Notes: generated from the letters alone by a model not told the origin. A stretch of 39,624 bases of DNA from Clostridia bacterium (GCA_017455945.1 JAFTLM010000005.1:1-39624), one strand, 5' to 3'; shown: positions 30,666 through 39,317, numbered from the stretch's first letter. A program made the numbers and translations.

Positions 30666-30712
30666 GTAATCACAGTAAGGGGAACGCCCCAAGAAAGAAA
30701 GAGGTACAAAAA

Positions 30713-30913
30713 ATGAAGATTGGAAATTCTGTTTTTGAGATTGTAAATAAGGACGGGAAACTTTTTGTTAAGCACACATTCAATGGTGATTATTATCAAA
30801 ACGAAGATATGATGATGATTTATGGATTGAACGCAAAGCCTTTTGTAAAGAGATTGGGAACAAAAATGTATCTTCCCGAAGAACTTGTACAAGAATTGAG
30901 GGCTGGTGCTTGA
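30713..30913 (+). CDS. Hypothetical protein (66 aa)
   Basis: ORF track. ATG after the AGAAAGAAAGAGGT leader. Confidence 0.55.
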   Translation: MKIGNSVFEIVNKDGKLFVKHTFNGDYYQNEDMMMIYGLNAKPFVKRLGTKMYLPEELVQELRAGA

Positions 30914-31173
30914 TGAATTGGCAAAAATTCAAAGAAACAAAACTTGCCGTTAAATGCACATCGGGGAAAGATAAGTTCTTCTCCGATTGTGCAGAACACG
31001 GAATATATAATTTTATGGGTGAAAGAGCAATGCTCCGTGATTATTTTGTTTGCCGTTTGTGTTATAAAGACCAATTCAGCGAGGGCAGATATGAATTGAT
31101 GTCTTGCGATGAATGGCAGATAAAAGAAAATGGATTATATGGGAAATATGGATTGGAGGTTTTTTTATTATGA
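30913..31173 (+). CDS. Hypothetical Cys-containing protein (86 aa)
   Basis: ATG 30913 overlaps the upstream stop (TGATG). The track lists TTG 30910. Confidence 0.5.
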   Translation: MNWQKFKETKLAVKCTSGKDKFFSDCAEHGIYNFMGERAMLRDYFVCRLCYKDQFSEGRYELMSCDEWQIKENGLYGKYGLEVFLL

Positions 31174-31451
31174 AGATTTTTGAAAAAAGATATTGCGAAA
31201 ACATTATAGGATGTTGGTATGAGTATTATCTATTTGGAATTAAAATCCATAAAAAGATTATATTTTTATACCGATATTACAGAACAATAAAAATAAGTGG
31301 AATCGGAATTGACATTGTGGCGATTGCACTTAACGAAGAATATCATTTTGGGCAAAAAATGCTTGAGCGACTTGACAAACCTGTTCAGGCGATATTAGAC
31401 GAAATGACAACCTACAAGGATATGGAAGTATTGGCGGCAAGGATAGCGTAA
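31170..31451 (+). CDS. Hypothetical protein (93 aa)
   Basis: ATG 31170 after GGAGG. The track start 31113 overlaps the upstream gene. Confidence 0.5.
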   Translation: MKIFEKRYCENIIGCWYEYYLFGIKIHKKIIFLYRYYRTIKISGIGIDIVAIALNEEYHFGQKMLERLDKPVQAILDEMTTYKDMEVLAARIA

Positions 31452-31523
31452 AGATTGGCTACTATACGCAAGCAAGATGCGGATTTCTTTCTTGACAAGT
31501 ATATAAAATTGTGAGGTGGCAAA

Positions 31524-31673
31524 GTGGTTTTGAAAGATTTGCTTTCGTTATTAAGCGAAGCAGAAATTTGTTGGATATATGATAATAACGCGATAGAAAG
31601 CGCACAAGCGTTGTATTGCGGGTTTGCAAGAACATATCGGAAGAACTGCAAACGGCGCAGGTGGTGGCTATAA
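31524..31673 (+). CDS. Possible small ORF (49 aa)
   Basis: GTG 31524 lies 5 nt after GAGGTGG. Otherwise the 275-bp gap is unexplained. Confidence 0.3.
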   Translation: MVLKDLLSLLSEAEICWIYDNNAIESAQALYCGFARTYRKNCKRRRWWL

Positions 31674-31725
31674 CGGCTCGTGAAGGGCATCGTATTACAT
31701 TTTTAATAGAAAGAGGTAAAGGCAT

Positions 31726-31932
31726 ATGATGATATGTAATTGTGGCGGAAACGCTAAAGTGATTTATAATGTTTATGATGGGGAGAATTGGCACAGAAAA
31801 AGAAAATGTGAGCAGTGCGGTCAAATGATTTACACAGTAGAAGTATATGAGAGCAAAAACAAATACAACATCGCTTCAAGCAAACATTTCAGAAGGCGCA
31901 GAGAAAATGCCGCCTTGACAAAGAAAGAATAA
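31726..31932 (+). CDS. NrdR-like zinc-ribbon protein without ATP-cone (68 aa)
   Basis: CNCGG...KV......RKRKCEQCG...YTVEV resembles the NrdR N-terminal zinc ribbon. Basic tail. Confidence 0.4.
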   Translation: MMICNCGGNAKVIYNVYDGENWHRKRKCEQCGQMIYTVEVYESKNKYNIASSKHFRRRRENAALTKKE

Positions 31933-31972
31933 TGTGCTATAATTAATATAGGGTTTCAAAAAAATCCTATAT

Positions 31973-32047
31973 TGCGTAGTCGCCAAGCGGTAAGGCAACA
32001 GACTTTGACTCTGTCATTCGTAGGTTTAAATCCTGCCTCCGCAGCCA
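31973..32047 (+). tRNA. tRNA-Gln: tRNA-Gln (anticodon UUG)
   Basis: Hand-folded cloverleaf. Acceptor TGCGTAG/CTCCGCA (one T-C mismatch). D arm GCC-AAGCGGTAA-GGC. Anticodon stem ACAGA/TCTGT with loop CTTTGAC. T arm GTAGG-TTTAAAT-CCTGC (T where C56 is expected). Discriminator G and an encoded CCA. Confidence 0.8.
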
Positions 32048-32137
32048 GTGGGATTTTTTCTCATAGTACCTCCTTTCTTGAAAAAGCCGAGGGGTGAAAC
32101 TTAGACTCTCGGCAAGATTAAATAAAAAGGTGATTTT

Positions 32138-32722
32138 ATGTTTAATGTAAAGCGTTTAAGATGTTTTGTCGGTCATTTGGCTTTTTGGTTGCCGTGGATT
32201 GTGGCATTGATTTTGTGGCATATTCCGTCAAGCATATCGGCAACTTATTACACACACGCAGGGGCAGTGTTTATGATAATTCTCGGTGCGTGTTCCGTGT
32301 TCTTGATGTTCTATGATGGGTACGATAAGACCGATGATATATTAAACACGATTGCAGGAATTTTTGGATTGTTGATTTGTTTGTTCCCTTGCGGATACGA
32401 TGCCGAAAGGGTAGGAACGTTTCAAACGCCTGTTGCAATAAGCGCGGCGATACATAACACATCAGCGGTTGTATTTTTTCTCATTCTTGCCTATGTGTCA
32501 TTGTTTCAGTTCACGAAAAGCGATGGAAATATGACCGAGAAGAAAAAGAAAAGGAATGTGATATACCGAGCTTGCGGTGTTGGAATGATTGCTTCGTTTG
32601 CAATATTGCTTTTGCCTTATTTCCGCATACAAGTATGGCTGACCGAGATGTTTGCACTTTCCTTTTTCGGCATTTCTTGGCTGACTAAAGCGAATGCTTA
32701 TAAATGGCTTTTTGCCGATTAA
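32138..32722 (+). CDS. Six-TM integral membrane protein (194 aa)
   Basis: Six hydrophobic helices read from the translation. Stand-alone gene between the tRNA and a terminator. Confidence 0.6.
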   Translation: MFNVKRLRCFVGHLAFWLPWIVALILWHIPSSISATYYTHAGAVFMIILGACSVFLMFYDGYDKTDDILNTIAGIFGLLICLFPCGYDAERVGTFQTPVAISAAIHNTSAVVFFLILAYVSLFQFTKSDGNMTEKKKKRNVIYRACGVGMIASFAILLLPYFRIQVWLTEMFALSFFGISWLTKANAYKWLFAD

Positions 32723-32765
32723 ATAAAAATTTAGAAGGAGTTGATACAATATGCTAACCAAACAC

Positions 32766-32790
32766 AGCCGATTGTGTCGGCTCTTTTGTG
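32766..32790 (+). terminator. Short terminator-like hairpin
   Basis: AGCCGA/TCGGCT stem, loop TTGTG, then CTTTTGTG. Confidence 0.4.
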
Positions 32791-32807
32791 CATAATGGGG
32801 TGAATGT

Positions 32808-33935
32808 ATGGAATTAAAAATTGAGTATATTGCGGTTGAGGATTTGAAGCCGTATGAGAAGAATAACAAGAAGCACGAAGATTTTGACATTGGCGAAATT
32901 GCAAAGTCTATCAGCAAGTATGAAATGATTGACCCTGTTGGAATATGGGGAAAGGATAATACCATTGTTGAGGGACACGGCAGAGTTCTTGCCTGTAAGC
33001 AACTAGGCATTGACAAAGTGCCTTGCATTCGTTTAGACCATTTGACAGACGAGCAACGCAGAGAATATGCGATTGTGCATAATAAGTCGCAGGAATTGGC
33101 TCTATATGATTTTGACAATTTGGCTGATGAATTGGCTGACCTTGATTTGAGCGATTTTGATTTTGACTTCGGCATTGATACGGAAGCAGAGGAACAAACC
33201 GAAATTGTGGAAGATGAAGCACCCGAAGTTGACGAGGAAAACGAGCCGATTACAAAGTTCGGCGATATTTGGCAGCTTGGCAGACATAGGCTGATGTGTG
33301 GAGATAGCACCGACAAGGAAACTGTTGAATTGCTTATGAATGGCAATAAAGCGGACTTACTCTTGACAGACCCACCCTACGGCATAAATGCTGATAAAGG
33401 TGTAAGCGGATTTGGAAACACAAAAGGCAATAAGTATGATGATGATTGGGATAGTTTTACTCCCGATAAATCTTTTTTTGATATGATACTTGAAATGCCG
33501 AAAAATGCTATAATCTTTGGTGGTAATTATTTTACGGATAAGTTGCCTTTAGGTAAGCATTGGATTGTATGGGATAAAGTCGGTGAGATTGACTTCCAAA
33601 ATCCGTATAGTGATTGCGAACTTGCTTGGAGCAATATATCAAAAGAGAGCGTTAAAAAATATACTGTTATTCAGCAAGGATTTGTTGCAGAGGAAAAGGA
33701 AAAGAGAGTACACCCCACTCAAAAAAGTGTTAAACTCTTTGCACAAATTATTGACGATTACACGGATAAAGGCAATATCATTCTTGATACTTTTTGCGGT
33801 AGTGGTACAACCTTTATTGCAAGTGAGCAAACAGACCGAGTTTGTTATGGTATTGAAATATCCGAAAAGTATTGCGATGTAATAATCAAGCGATGGGAAA
33901 CATTGACAGGCGAGAAAGCCGTTAAATTAAATTAA
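32808..33935 (+). CDS. ParB-like N-terminal domain fused to a beta-class N6A/N4C DNA methyltransferase
   Basis: ParB-type N-terminus (...VEGHGRVLACKQLG). DPPYG (motif IV) precedes FCGSGTT (motif I). Confidence 0.85.
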   Translation: MELKIEYIAVEDLKPYEKNNKKHEDFDIGEIAKSISKYEMIDPVGIWGKDNTIVEGHGRVLACKQLGIDKVPCIRLDHLTDEQRREYAIVHNKSQELALYDFDNLADELADLDLSDFDFDFGIDTEAEEQTEIVEDEAPEVDEENEPITKFGDIWQLGRHRLMCGDSTDKETVELLMNGNKADLLLTDPPYGINADKGVSGFGNTKGNKYDDDWDSFTPDKSFFDMILEMPKNAIIFGGNYFTDKLPLGKHWIVWDKVGEIDFQNPYSDCELAWSNISKESVKKYTVIQQGFVAEEKEKRVHPTQKSVKLFAQIIDDYTDKGNIILDTFCGSGTTFIASEQTDRVCYGIEISEKYCDVIIKRWETLTGEKAVKLN

Positions 33936-33950
33936 GCGAAGTGAAGTGAT

Positions 33951-34331
33951 TTGAATGAGAAGAACTTAATTCCGAACGAAGAACGAACTCCGAGCGAACG
34001 CCGAGAAAATGCACGAAAAGCAGGAATTGCATCAGGAAAGGCAAGGCGAGAAAAAAAGACCATACAGAAGATACTTGCGGATTTGCTTGATAGTGAGATA
34101 AAGGACAGCCCACAGTTCGCAAAATTAGCGTCAAAAATGGGCGTAGAAAGCGATAAATCGGTTAAAGATATATTTACTATGGTATGCCTATTAAACAGCG
34201 TTAAAAGCGGAAATTTGGGCGATTTGGAACGGTTGAGTAAGTTGTTGGGTGAGGATAAGCAAAACGAGAACGCAGATGTATTGGCTAAACTTGACAAGGT
34301 GATTGGCGAGGTGGATAAACTTGCTGAATAG
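33951..34331 (+). CDS. Putative terminase small subunit
   Basis: 126 aa directly upstream of and overlapping TerL. Basic N-terminus ERTPSERRENARKAGIASGKARREKK. TTG start, weak SD. Confidence 0.45.
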   Translation: MNEKNLIPNEERTPSERRENARKAGIASGKARREKKTIQKILADLLDSEIKDSPQFAKLASKMGVESDKSVKDIFTMVCLLNSVKSGNLGDLERLSKLLGEDKQNENADVLAKLDKVIGEVDKLAE

Positions 34332-35544
34332 TTTAACGGATAAACAAAAGGAATTTTGGAATAATTGTGACCACCGTTGGAATGTCAAGTGCGGAGCAAC
34401 GAGAAGCGGAAAAACCTTTCTTGATTATTACCTTATACCAAAACGAATTAGAGCCGTAAGTGGGAAAGATGGCTTGTATGTCATTCTTGGCAACACAAAA
34501 AGCACCTTGCAAAGAAACATAATTGAGCCGTTGCAGAATATTTGGGGCGTTGACCTTGTAAGCGATATAAAGGCAGACAACACGGCTATAATGTTCGGCG
34601 AAAAGGTGCACTGTATCGGTGCGGATAAAATCAATCAAGTAAACCGATTGCGTGGTTCTTCAATCAAGTATTGCTATGGCGATGAGGTTGTAACTTGGCA
34701 CGAAGATGTGTTCAATATGTTGAAATCTCGACTTGATAAAAGCTATTCAAGATTTGACGGAACTTGCAACCCCGAAAGCCCTCGGCATTGGTTCAAGGAG
34801 TTTTTGGATAGCGATGCAGATATATTTTATCAGCAATACACTTTGTATGATAACCCATTCAACCCACCCGAATTTGTAAAGGCTCTTGAAATAGAGTATG
34901 GCGGTACAGTTTATTTTGACCGATATGTTTTGGGATTGTGGAAAAGGGCAGAGGGCGTTGTATTCCCCGACTTTGCAGATAACCCGAAGAAATACCTTGT
35001 CAAGAAAGAGGATTTGCCGAAGCACTTCAAATGGTGTATGGTTGGCTACGATTTGGGCGGTAACAAGTCGCATTATGGCTTGGTTGCTTCTGCTCTTGGC
35101 GATGATAATGTGCTTTATGTGTTAAAGGCTGACGAGATTATGCCACAGGATATGAAACCACAAGATGTAGAGGAAAAGGCGAAAAAGTTTATTGAGTATA
35201 TCGAAAGCACCTACAATGTAAGGGTGCAGAATTGTTATATTGATGATGCATATTACACAATCATAAACGGCTTGAACTCTTGGCGGTATATCTTTGACAA
35301 TGCGGCGGCGGTCAAGTCTGCTATGCCTTTGATTGATAGACCGATTAAACTTAACAAATTGATGCACACAGGCAGATTTAAGATACTTGACGGACAATGT
35401 AAGCCGTTGGTTGAACAGTTGCAAGATGCCGTGTATGATGAAAATATAGAGGGCGTTATTTGCGATGATGGAAGTCAATGTATAGATATGATTGACGGAT
35501 TTTTTTATTCAATAGCAGATGAATATGCGTACTTAACGGATTGA
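34321..35544 (+). CDS. terL: Terminase large subunit
   Basis: TTG 34321 lies 6 nt after GAGGTGG (track start 34303). Walker A GATRSGKT, Walker B-like YCYGDE, C-terminal nuclease-type acidic residues. Confidence 0.85.
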   Translation: MLNSLTDKQKEFWNNCDHRWNVKCGATRSGKTFLDYYLIPKRIRAVSGKDGLYVILGNTKSTLQRNIIEPLQNIWGVDLVSDIKADNTAIMFGEKVHCIGADKINQVNRLRGSSIKYCYGDEVVTWHEDVFNMLKSRLDKSYSRFDGTCNPESPRHWFKEFLDSDADIFYQQYTLYDNPFNPPEFVKALEIEYGGTVYFDRYVLGLWKRAEGVVFPDFADNPKKYLVKKEDLPKHFKWCMVGYDLGGNKSHYGLVASALGDDNVLYVLKADEIMPQDMKPQDVEEKAKKFIEYIESTYNVRVQNCYIDDAYYTIINGLNSWRYIFDNAAAVKSAMPLIDRPIKLNKLMHTGRFKILDGQCKPLVEQLQDAVYDENIEGVICDDGSQCIDMIDGFFYSIADEYAYLTD

Positions 35545-35552
35545 GGTATAAT

Positions 35553-35960
35553 ATGAATAATAATTGGATTTTTAAGAATAGTCCTTTTGAAATGCTTGAT
35601 ATTGCGTTCAAAAGATTGTTTCCCGATGTAAAATATACGGCATATTTTGAGCCGAACATAAGAGATGATGAAAATGGCGAAAAGGTTTGCGGATTGACCG
35701 ATTTTGCCGATGATGGGGAAATCACGATTTTTGTTGATACGGATTTGTCAATAAACGATGCGGTTGAAATTTTTGCTCACGAACTCGCACACGCAGGGGT
35801 TGGCGTTGAACAAGAACACAATGAAAAATGGCAAAAGGCTTTTGATGATTTGTTTGACGAATACAACAAAATAGGTGATGAAATTTTTTCGAGCAATGTA
35901 AATCCGCCTTATGTAGGCAAAGCATACAAAGAAGCATTGGAACAATTAGGCTATGAATAA
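35553..35960 (+). CDS. Small HExxH zinc-metallopeptidase-like protein (135 aa)
   Basis: FAHELAHAGVGVEQEHNEKW. ATG 35553 after GAGGT. Confidence 0.5.
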   Translation: MNNNWIFKNSPFEMLDIAFKRLFPDVKYTAYFEPNIRDDENGEKVCGLTDFADDGEITIFVDTDLSINDAVEIFAHELAHAGVGVEQEHNEKWQKAFDDLFDEYNKIGDEIFSSNVNPPYVGKAYKEALEQLGYE

Positions 35961-35992
35961 TTTTGGCACAAAATATATAGGAGCGTGATATT

Positions 35993-37318
35993 TTGGGATT
36001 TTGGAGTAATTTTTGGGGATTTGTCAAAAAGAAGATAGACCAATATGATGAGGAAAAGAAAATTGTCGTAAAGGTGCAGGATTGGGAGAATATAACGGAG
36101 TATAACCCACTTGCGATTGCCAATACAAAATTGACCTCGCTTGTATGCGATGAAGCAACGGTGGAGTTGCAGACGGATAGCACACTCGTTCAGCCTTTGA
36201 TACCTCTTGCAGAGAACCTTGAAGCAAAGAGATATGAAATTTGTGCTATGATGAACGGCAAGGGCGGTTGTTTTGTTACAATGGCAACAGGCGAAGATGA
36301 CGAGCCGTATCATCGCATAATCGCTCCTGCTGATGTTTCCGTTTACAGAATGGTAGCCGATAAGATGTATGAGGTTGCTATGGTTATCGACAAGAAGATT
36401 GTCAAGCATAGAGAATATCGCTTGATCAGACATCATATTCTTGACGAGAACGGCACTTTGTATGTTTACTATTACACAACCGACAAAAGCGGTAATGAGG
36501 AATATTTGGCTGAATGGGAGCATTACAAAAATGATAATGTTGCTTATTACAACGCCCGAAACATAGGAGTTGCGTATTTCCGTTCACCGCAGGATAGCAG
36601 AGGTTTATCACAATGGGGCGTTCCGCTTAACTTTGGGTGCGAGGAAGTGGAAGCCAAACTCAAAAAAGCAAGAAACGATTATGATGAAGAAGCAGAGTTG
36701 ATGAAAGCAAAGTTGTTTGCTGACGAAACCGTTACAAGAAAGATTGACACTAAAAATGGTGAGCGTTTCGATTTGCCTGAGGGTATCTATACTATACGCA
36801 AAAAAGCAGGAGTTGATGGAACACTTATTGACAGTTTCGCACCTGCAACAAGACTTGCAGAATATAAGCAAAAACTCATTGATGCAAAAGCCGATTGGGA
36901 AGATATGGTAGGTCTTGACCGAGGATTTTTGACCGAGGCAGAACACACGGCAGGGGCAACGGCAACAGAGATACGCACGGCAAACACAAAAACACGCTCT
37001 TTTGTCAAGAAAATTCAATCTGCTATGTTTGACGGCATCAAGGCGACGCTTGAAGCCGATGCGGTGTTCTTGAATATTCCGCTTGACCTTTATACAGTTA
37101 TGGTGGATTGGTTTGATGCGTTCCAAGATGAGCAAGAGCAGTATAACCGTATTGTTTCAGCCGTTGACAGAGGTGTCCTTGAAAAAGAGGACGAACTCAG
37201 GTGGCTTTATCCGAATATGACCGACGAGGAAATTGCCGACAAACTCGCAAGGCTTGAAGCGCAAAGCCAAGTCAACGCCGATATGGCTCTTGAAAGAATT
37301 TTGAACGGAGGTGCATAA
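35993..37318 (+). CDS. Portal protein
   Basis: 441 aa, downstream of TerL. TTG start 9 nt after AGGAG. Assignment is by size and position. Confidence 0.75.
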   Translation: MGFWSNFWGFVKKKIDQYDEEKKIVVKVQDWENITEYNPLAIANTKLTSLVCDEATVELQTDSTLVQPLIPLAENLEAKRYEICAMMNGKGGCFVTMATGEDDEPYHRIIAPADVSVYRMVADKMYEVAMVIDKKIVKHREYRLIRHHILDENGTLYVYYYTTDKSGNEEYLAEWEHYKNDNVAYYNARNIGVAYFRSPQDSRGLSQWGVPLNFGCEEVEAKLKKARNDYDEEAELMKAKLFADETVTRKIDTKNGERFDLPEGIYTIRKKAGVDGTLIDSFAPATRLAEYKQKLIDAKADWEDMVGLDRGFLTEAEHTAGATATEIRTANTKTRSFVKKIQSAMFDGIKATLEADAVFLNIPLDLYTVMVDWFDAFQDEQEQYNRIVSAVDRGVLEKEDELRWLYPNMTDEEIADKLARLEAQSQVNADMALERILNGGA

Positions 37319-37319
37319 T

Positions 37320-37622
37320 ATGAGATTAGGTAGTACACCAAAACACGAATTTACACTTCCGTTTGATGTTTATTTTGTTAAAGAGTTTAAGGTGACATAC
37401 AAGCAGAACAATAAAATCATTCTTGAAAAGTATTTAAGCGATTTTGAAGCAAACGACAACACATTGTCGGTAACACTCACGCAAGAGGAAACATTTTTAT
37501 TTATAGAGGGCGTAAATGTCGAAGTTCAAGCAAGAGTATTGACAACCGAAGGGGATGTATTGGCGAGCAACATTCGAATCATAACGGCTGAAAGATGTCT
37601 TGATAGAGAGGTGCTTGAATGA
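37320..37622 (+). CDS. Small beta-sandwich (Ig-like) protein (100 aa)
   Basis: ATG 37320 lies 7 nt after GGAGGTG. The beta-rich pattern TLTQEETFLF..GVNVEVQARVLT.EGDVLAS resembles BppU-N-type Ig domains. Confidence 0.45.
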   Translation: MRLGSTPKHEFTLPFDVYFVKEFKVTYKQNNKIILEKYLSDFEANDNTLSVTLTQEETFLFIEGVNVEVQARVLTTEGDVLASNIRIITAERCLDREVLE

Positions 37623-38074
37623 AACTGAATTTATCATTTGAGCAAAACCAACAAAATATAAACGTTCCTTTTTCAGAAAGTGGAGGGCAATTTAGCGCTG
37701 GCTTTGGTGAGACCTCTGTTCTGCACGATGGACAAAACGGTGCAACTTTTATTCCCGCCGTATCGGCCGAGGGTGTTATATCTTGGACTAATGATCGAGA
37801 GTTACCTAATCCGCCACCCGTAAATATCAAGGGCGAAAAGGGAGAAAAAGGCGAACAAGGGGAAAGAGGGCTGCAAGGTATTCAAGGCGAACGTGGCGCG
37901 GATGGCGCAAATGGTAAAGACGGGTCGAACGGCAAAGATGGCGCGAAAGGCGATAAGGGCGACGCGGGCTATACTCCTCAACGTGGCGTTGACTATTGGA
38001 CTGAAACCGACAAAGCCGAAATGGTTCAAGCCGTTATTTCCGCATTGCCTAATGCAGAGGGGGTTGGATTTTAA
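37619..38074 (+). CDS. Collagen-like triple-helix repeat protein
   Basis: 15 uninterrupted G-X-Y triplets (37832-37969), GEKGEKGEQGERGLQG...GDKGDAG. Confidence 0.8.
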   Translation: MKLNLSFEQNQQNINVPFSESGGQFSAGFGETSVLHDGQNGATFIPAVSAEGVISWTNDRELPNPPPVNIKGEKGEKGEQGERGLQGIQGERGADGANGKDGSNGKDGAKGDKGDAGYTPQRGVDYWTETDKAEMVQAVISALPNAEGVGF

Positions 38075-38916
38075 TGTCGAAATATGTCATTGATGGGGAG
38101 ACCCTTTCCGCTATTGCCGATAGCATCCGAGACAAGAAAGGCACTACGGCAAATATCAACCCCGAAAATATGCCCGCCGAAATCGCAAGTATTGAAACTG
38201 GCGGTGGCGATTCGACTATGGAAGATGGGCTTATTACAAGAACACTTACGGAATACAAAAACAATCGTGTGGCTATTGTAGGTTCTTATGCGCTATCAAA
38301 TGTCGAATCTCTTGAAAAAGTCACTCTTCCTATGGCTGAAACATTGGGGACTTATGCTTTTGCTAACGATGCTTCGTTAAAAAGGATAGACATTCTTGGG
38401 GGCGGTACACTTTCGGGTTCTATTACGTCATCCTGCCTATTGAATTGCGAAAACCTTAATGAAATTATTATGCGTAACGAGAACGCAGTAACAAAACTTC
38501 AATCGTTATTGTTCCCGTTTTATGCAGGGGAAGCAAACATCACAAGAAACTTCACCCGCGCTCAATGGAACAAATATGGTAAGGTGGGTCACTTGGAAAA
38601 TTGGTCGGGGCTAACTATACGAATTAAAGGCAGTATTACTTATTTCACGGGAACGGTAACAGATGAAGATTCAAAGCCCGTTTGGTTGTTCGGTCAGTAT
38701 GAAGCCAGTACCGCCCGATTGAAAACATTGGCATTGGTGGAAACAGAGGAAGAAGCAAATGCACTAATGCTCCAATATGCAGAGCAGTTTGCAGATGGAG
38801 GGTGCAAGTTTTATGTTCCGTCATCTATGGTGGCTTCATACAAATCGGCAGCGAATTGGTCTACCTATACAAATCAAATTCGAGCAATCGAAGATTATCC
38901 CGAAATAAGCGGATAA
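38074..38916 (+). CDS. BspA-type leucine-rich-repeat (LRR_5-like) fibre/adhesin protein
   Basis: IVGSYALSNVESLEKVTLPMAETLGTYAFANDASLKRIDI repeats. The N-terminal LSAIADSIRDKKG motif is common in fibre proteins (from memory). Confidence 0.55.
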   Translation: MSKYVIDGETLSAIADSIRDKKGTTANINPENMPAEIASIETGGGDSTMEDGLITRTLTEYKNNRVAIVGSYALSNVESLEKVTLPMAETLGTYAFANDASLKRIDILGGGTLSGSITSSCLLNCENLNEIIMRNENAVTKLQSLLFPFYAGEANITRNFTRAQWNKYGKVGHLENWSGLTIRIKGSITYFTGTVTDEDSKPVWLFGQYEASTARLKTLALVETEEEANALMLQYAEQFADGGCKFYVPSSMVASYKSAANWSTYTNQIRAIEDYPEISG

Positions 38917-38963
38917 CCGACCAAGCATTAGAGAGGATTTTGGCAGGGCAATAATACACCACG

Positions 38964-38997
38964 ATACCGAAAACATTTCTGTTTTCGGTATTTTTTG
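38964..38997 (+). terminator. Rho-independent terminator
   Basis: Perfect 12-bp stem ATACCGAAAACA/TGTTTTCGGTAT, loop TTTC, then a T-run. Confidence 0.85.
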
Positions 38998-39029
38998 TGA
39001 AAAATTAAAAAAAGTTTTGAAAAAAGGTA

Positions 39030-39058
39030 TTGACAAAGTAATTACAATATGTTATAAT
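39030..39058 (+). promoter_or_regulatory. Sigma-A type promoter
   Basis: TTGACA 39030-39035, 17-nt spacer, TGTTATAAT with -10 at 39053-39058. Confidence 0.7.
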
Positions 39059-39106
39059 ATAGGTGTAAGGTAGATAAGACCTTGCAGAAAGAAAGAGGTG
39101 TAAAAT

Positions 39107-39316
39107 ATGGCAGAGTACAAAATCAGCTCTTATACGGAGCAAAAACTTGACAGCAGAACGCTGACGCCGACAGGAAGGAAAAAAACAAAATACTGTATTT
39201 ATAAGAAAATTTTTCCCTTCCCGAACAAATCCATATTTCTTTGGGAAACAGTAAAAGATAACCTCAAAACCAAAGAAGAAGCGGAAATGTTTTTGGAAGA
39301 TTTGAAAGGAGAATAA
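39107..39316 (+). CDS. Hypothetical protein (69 aa)
   Basis: ORF track. ATG after the AGAAAGAAAGAGGTG leader. Confidence 0.55.
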   Translation: MAEYKISSYTEQKLDSRTLTPTGRKKTKYCIYKKIFPFPNKSIFLWETVKDNLKTKEEAEMFLEDLKGE

Positions 39317-39317
39317 A

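Noticed and set aside
31494-31525. TTGACA hexamer suggesting another promoter
   Set aside because: No acceptable -10 element lies 16-18 nt downstream. The nearby TATAAA is only 3 nt away.
31973-32047. tRNA as a prophage attachment site or genome boundary
   Set aside because: The tRNA is full length, with phage genes on both sides (zinc-ribbon genes upstream; membrane protein, methyltransferase and terminase downstream). No integrase is nearby.
32050-32077. Perfect SD plus ATG on the minus strand (AAGAAAGGAGGTACTATG) just downstream of the tRNA
   Set aside because: The ORF it opens is only 12 codons and runs antisense into the tRNA. It is most likely fortuitous or a relic, with no support for a minus-strand gene.
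32498-33346. 282-aa minus-strand ORF
   Set aside because: It is antisense to the 6-TM membrane gene and the ParB-methyltransferase, which has clear DPPY and FxGxG motifs. The translation is Ser-rich and low-complexity, with no ribosome-binding site.
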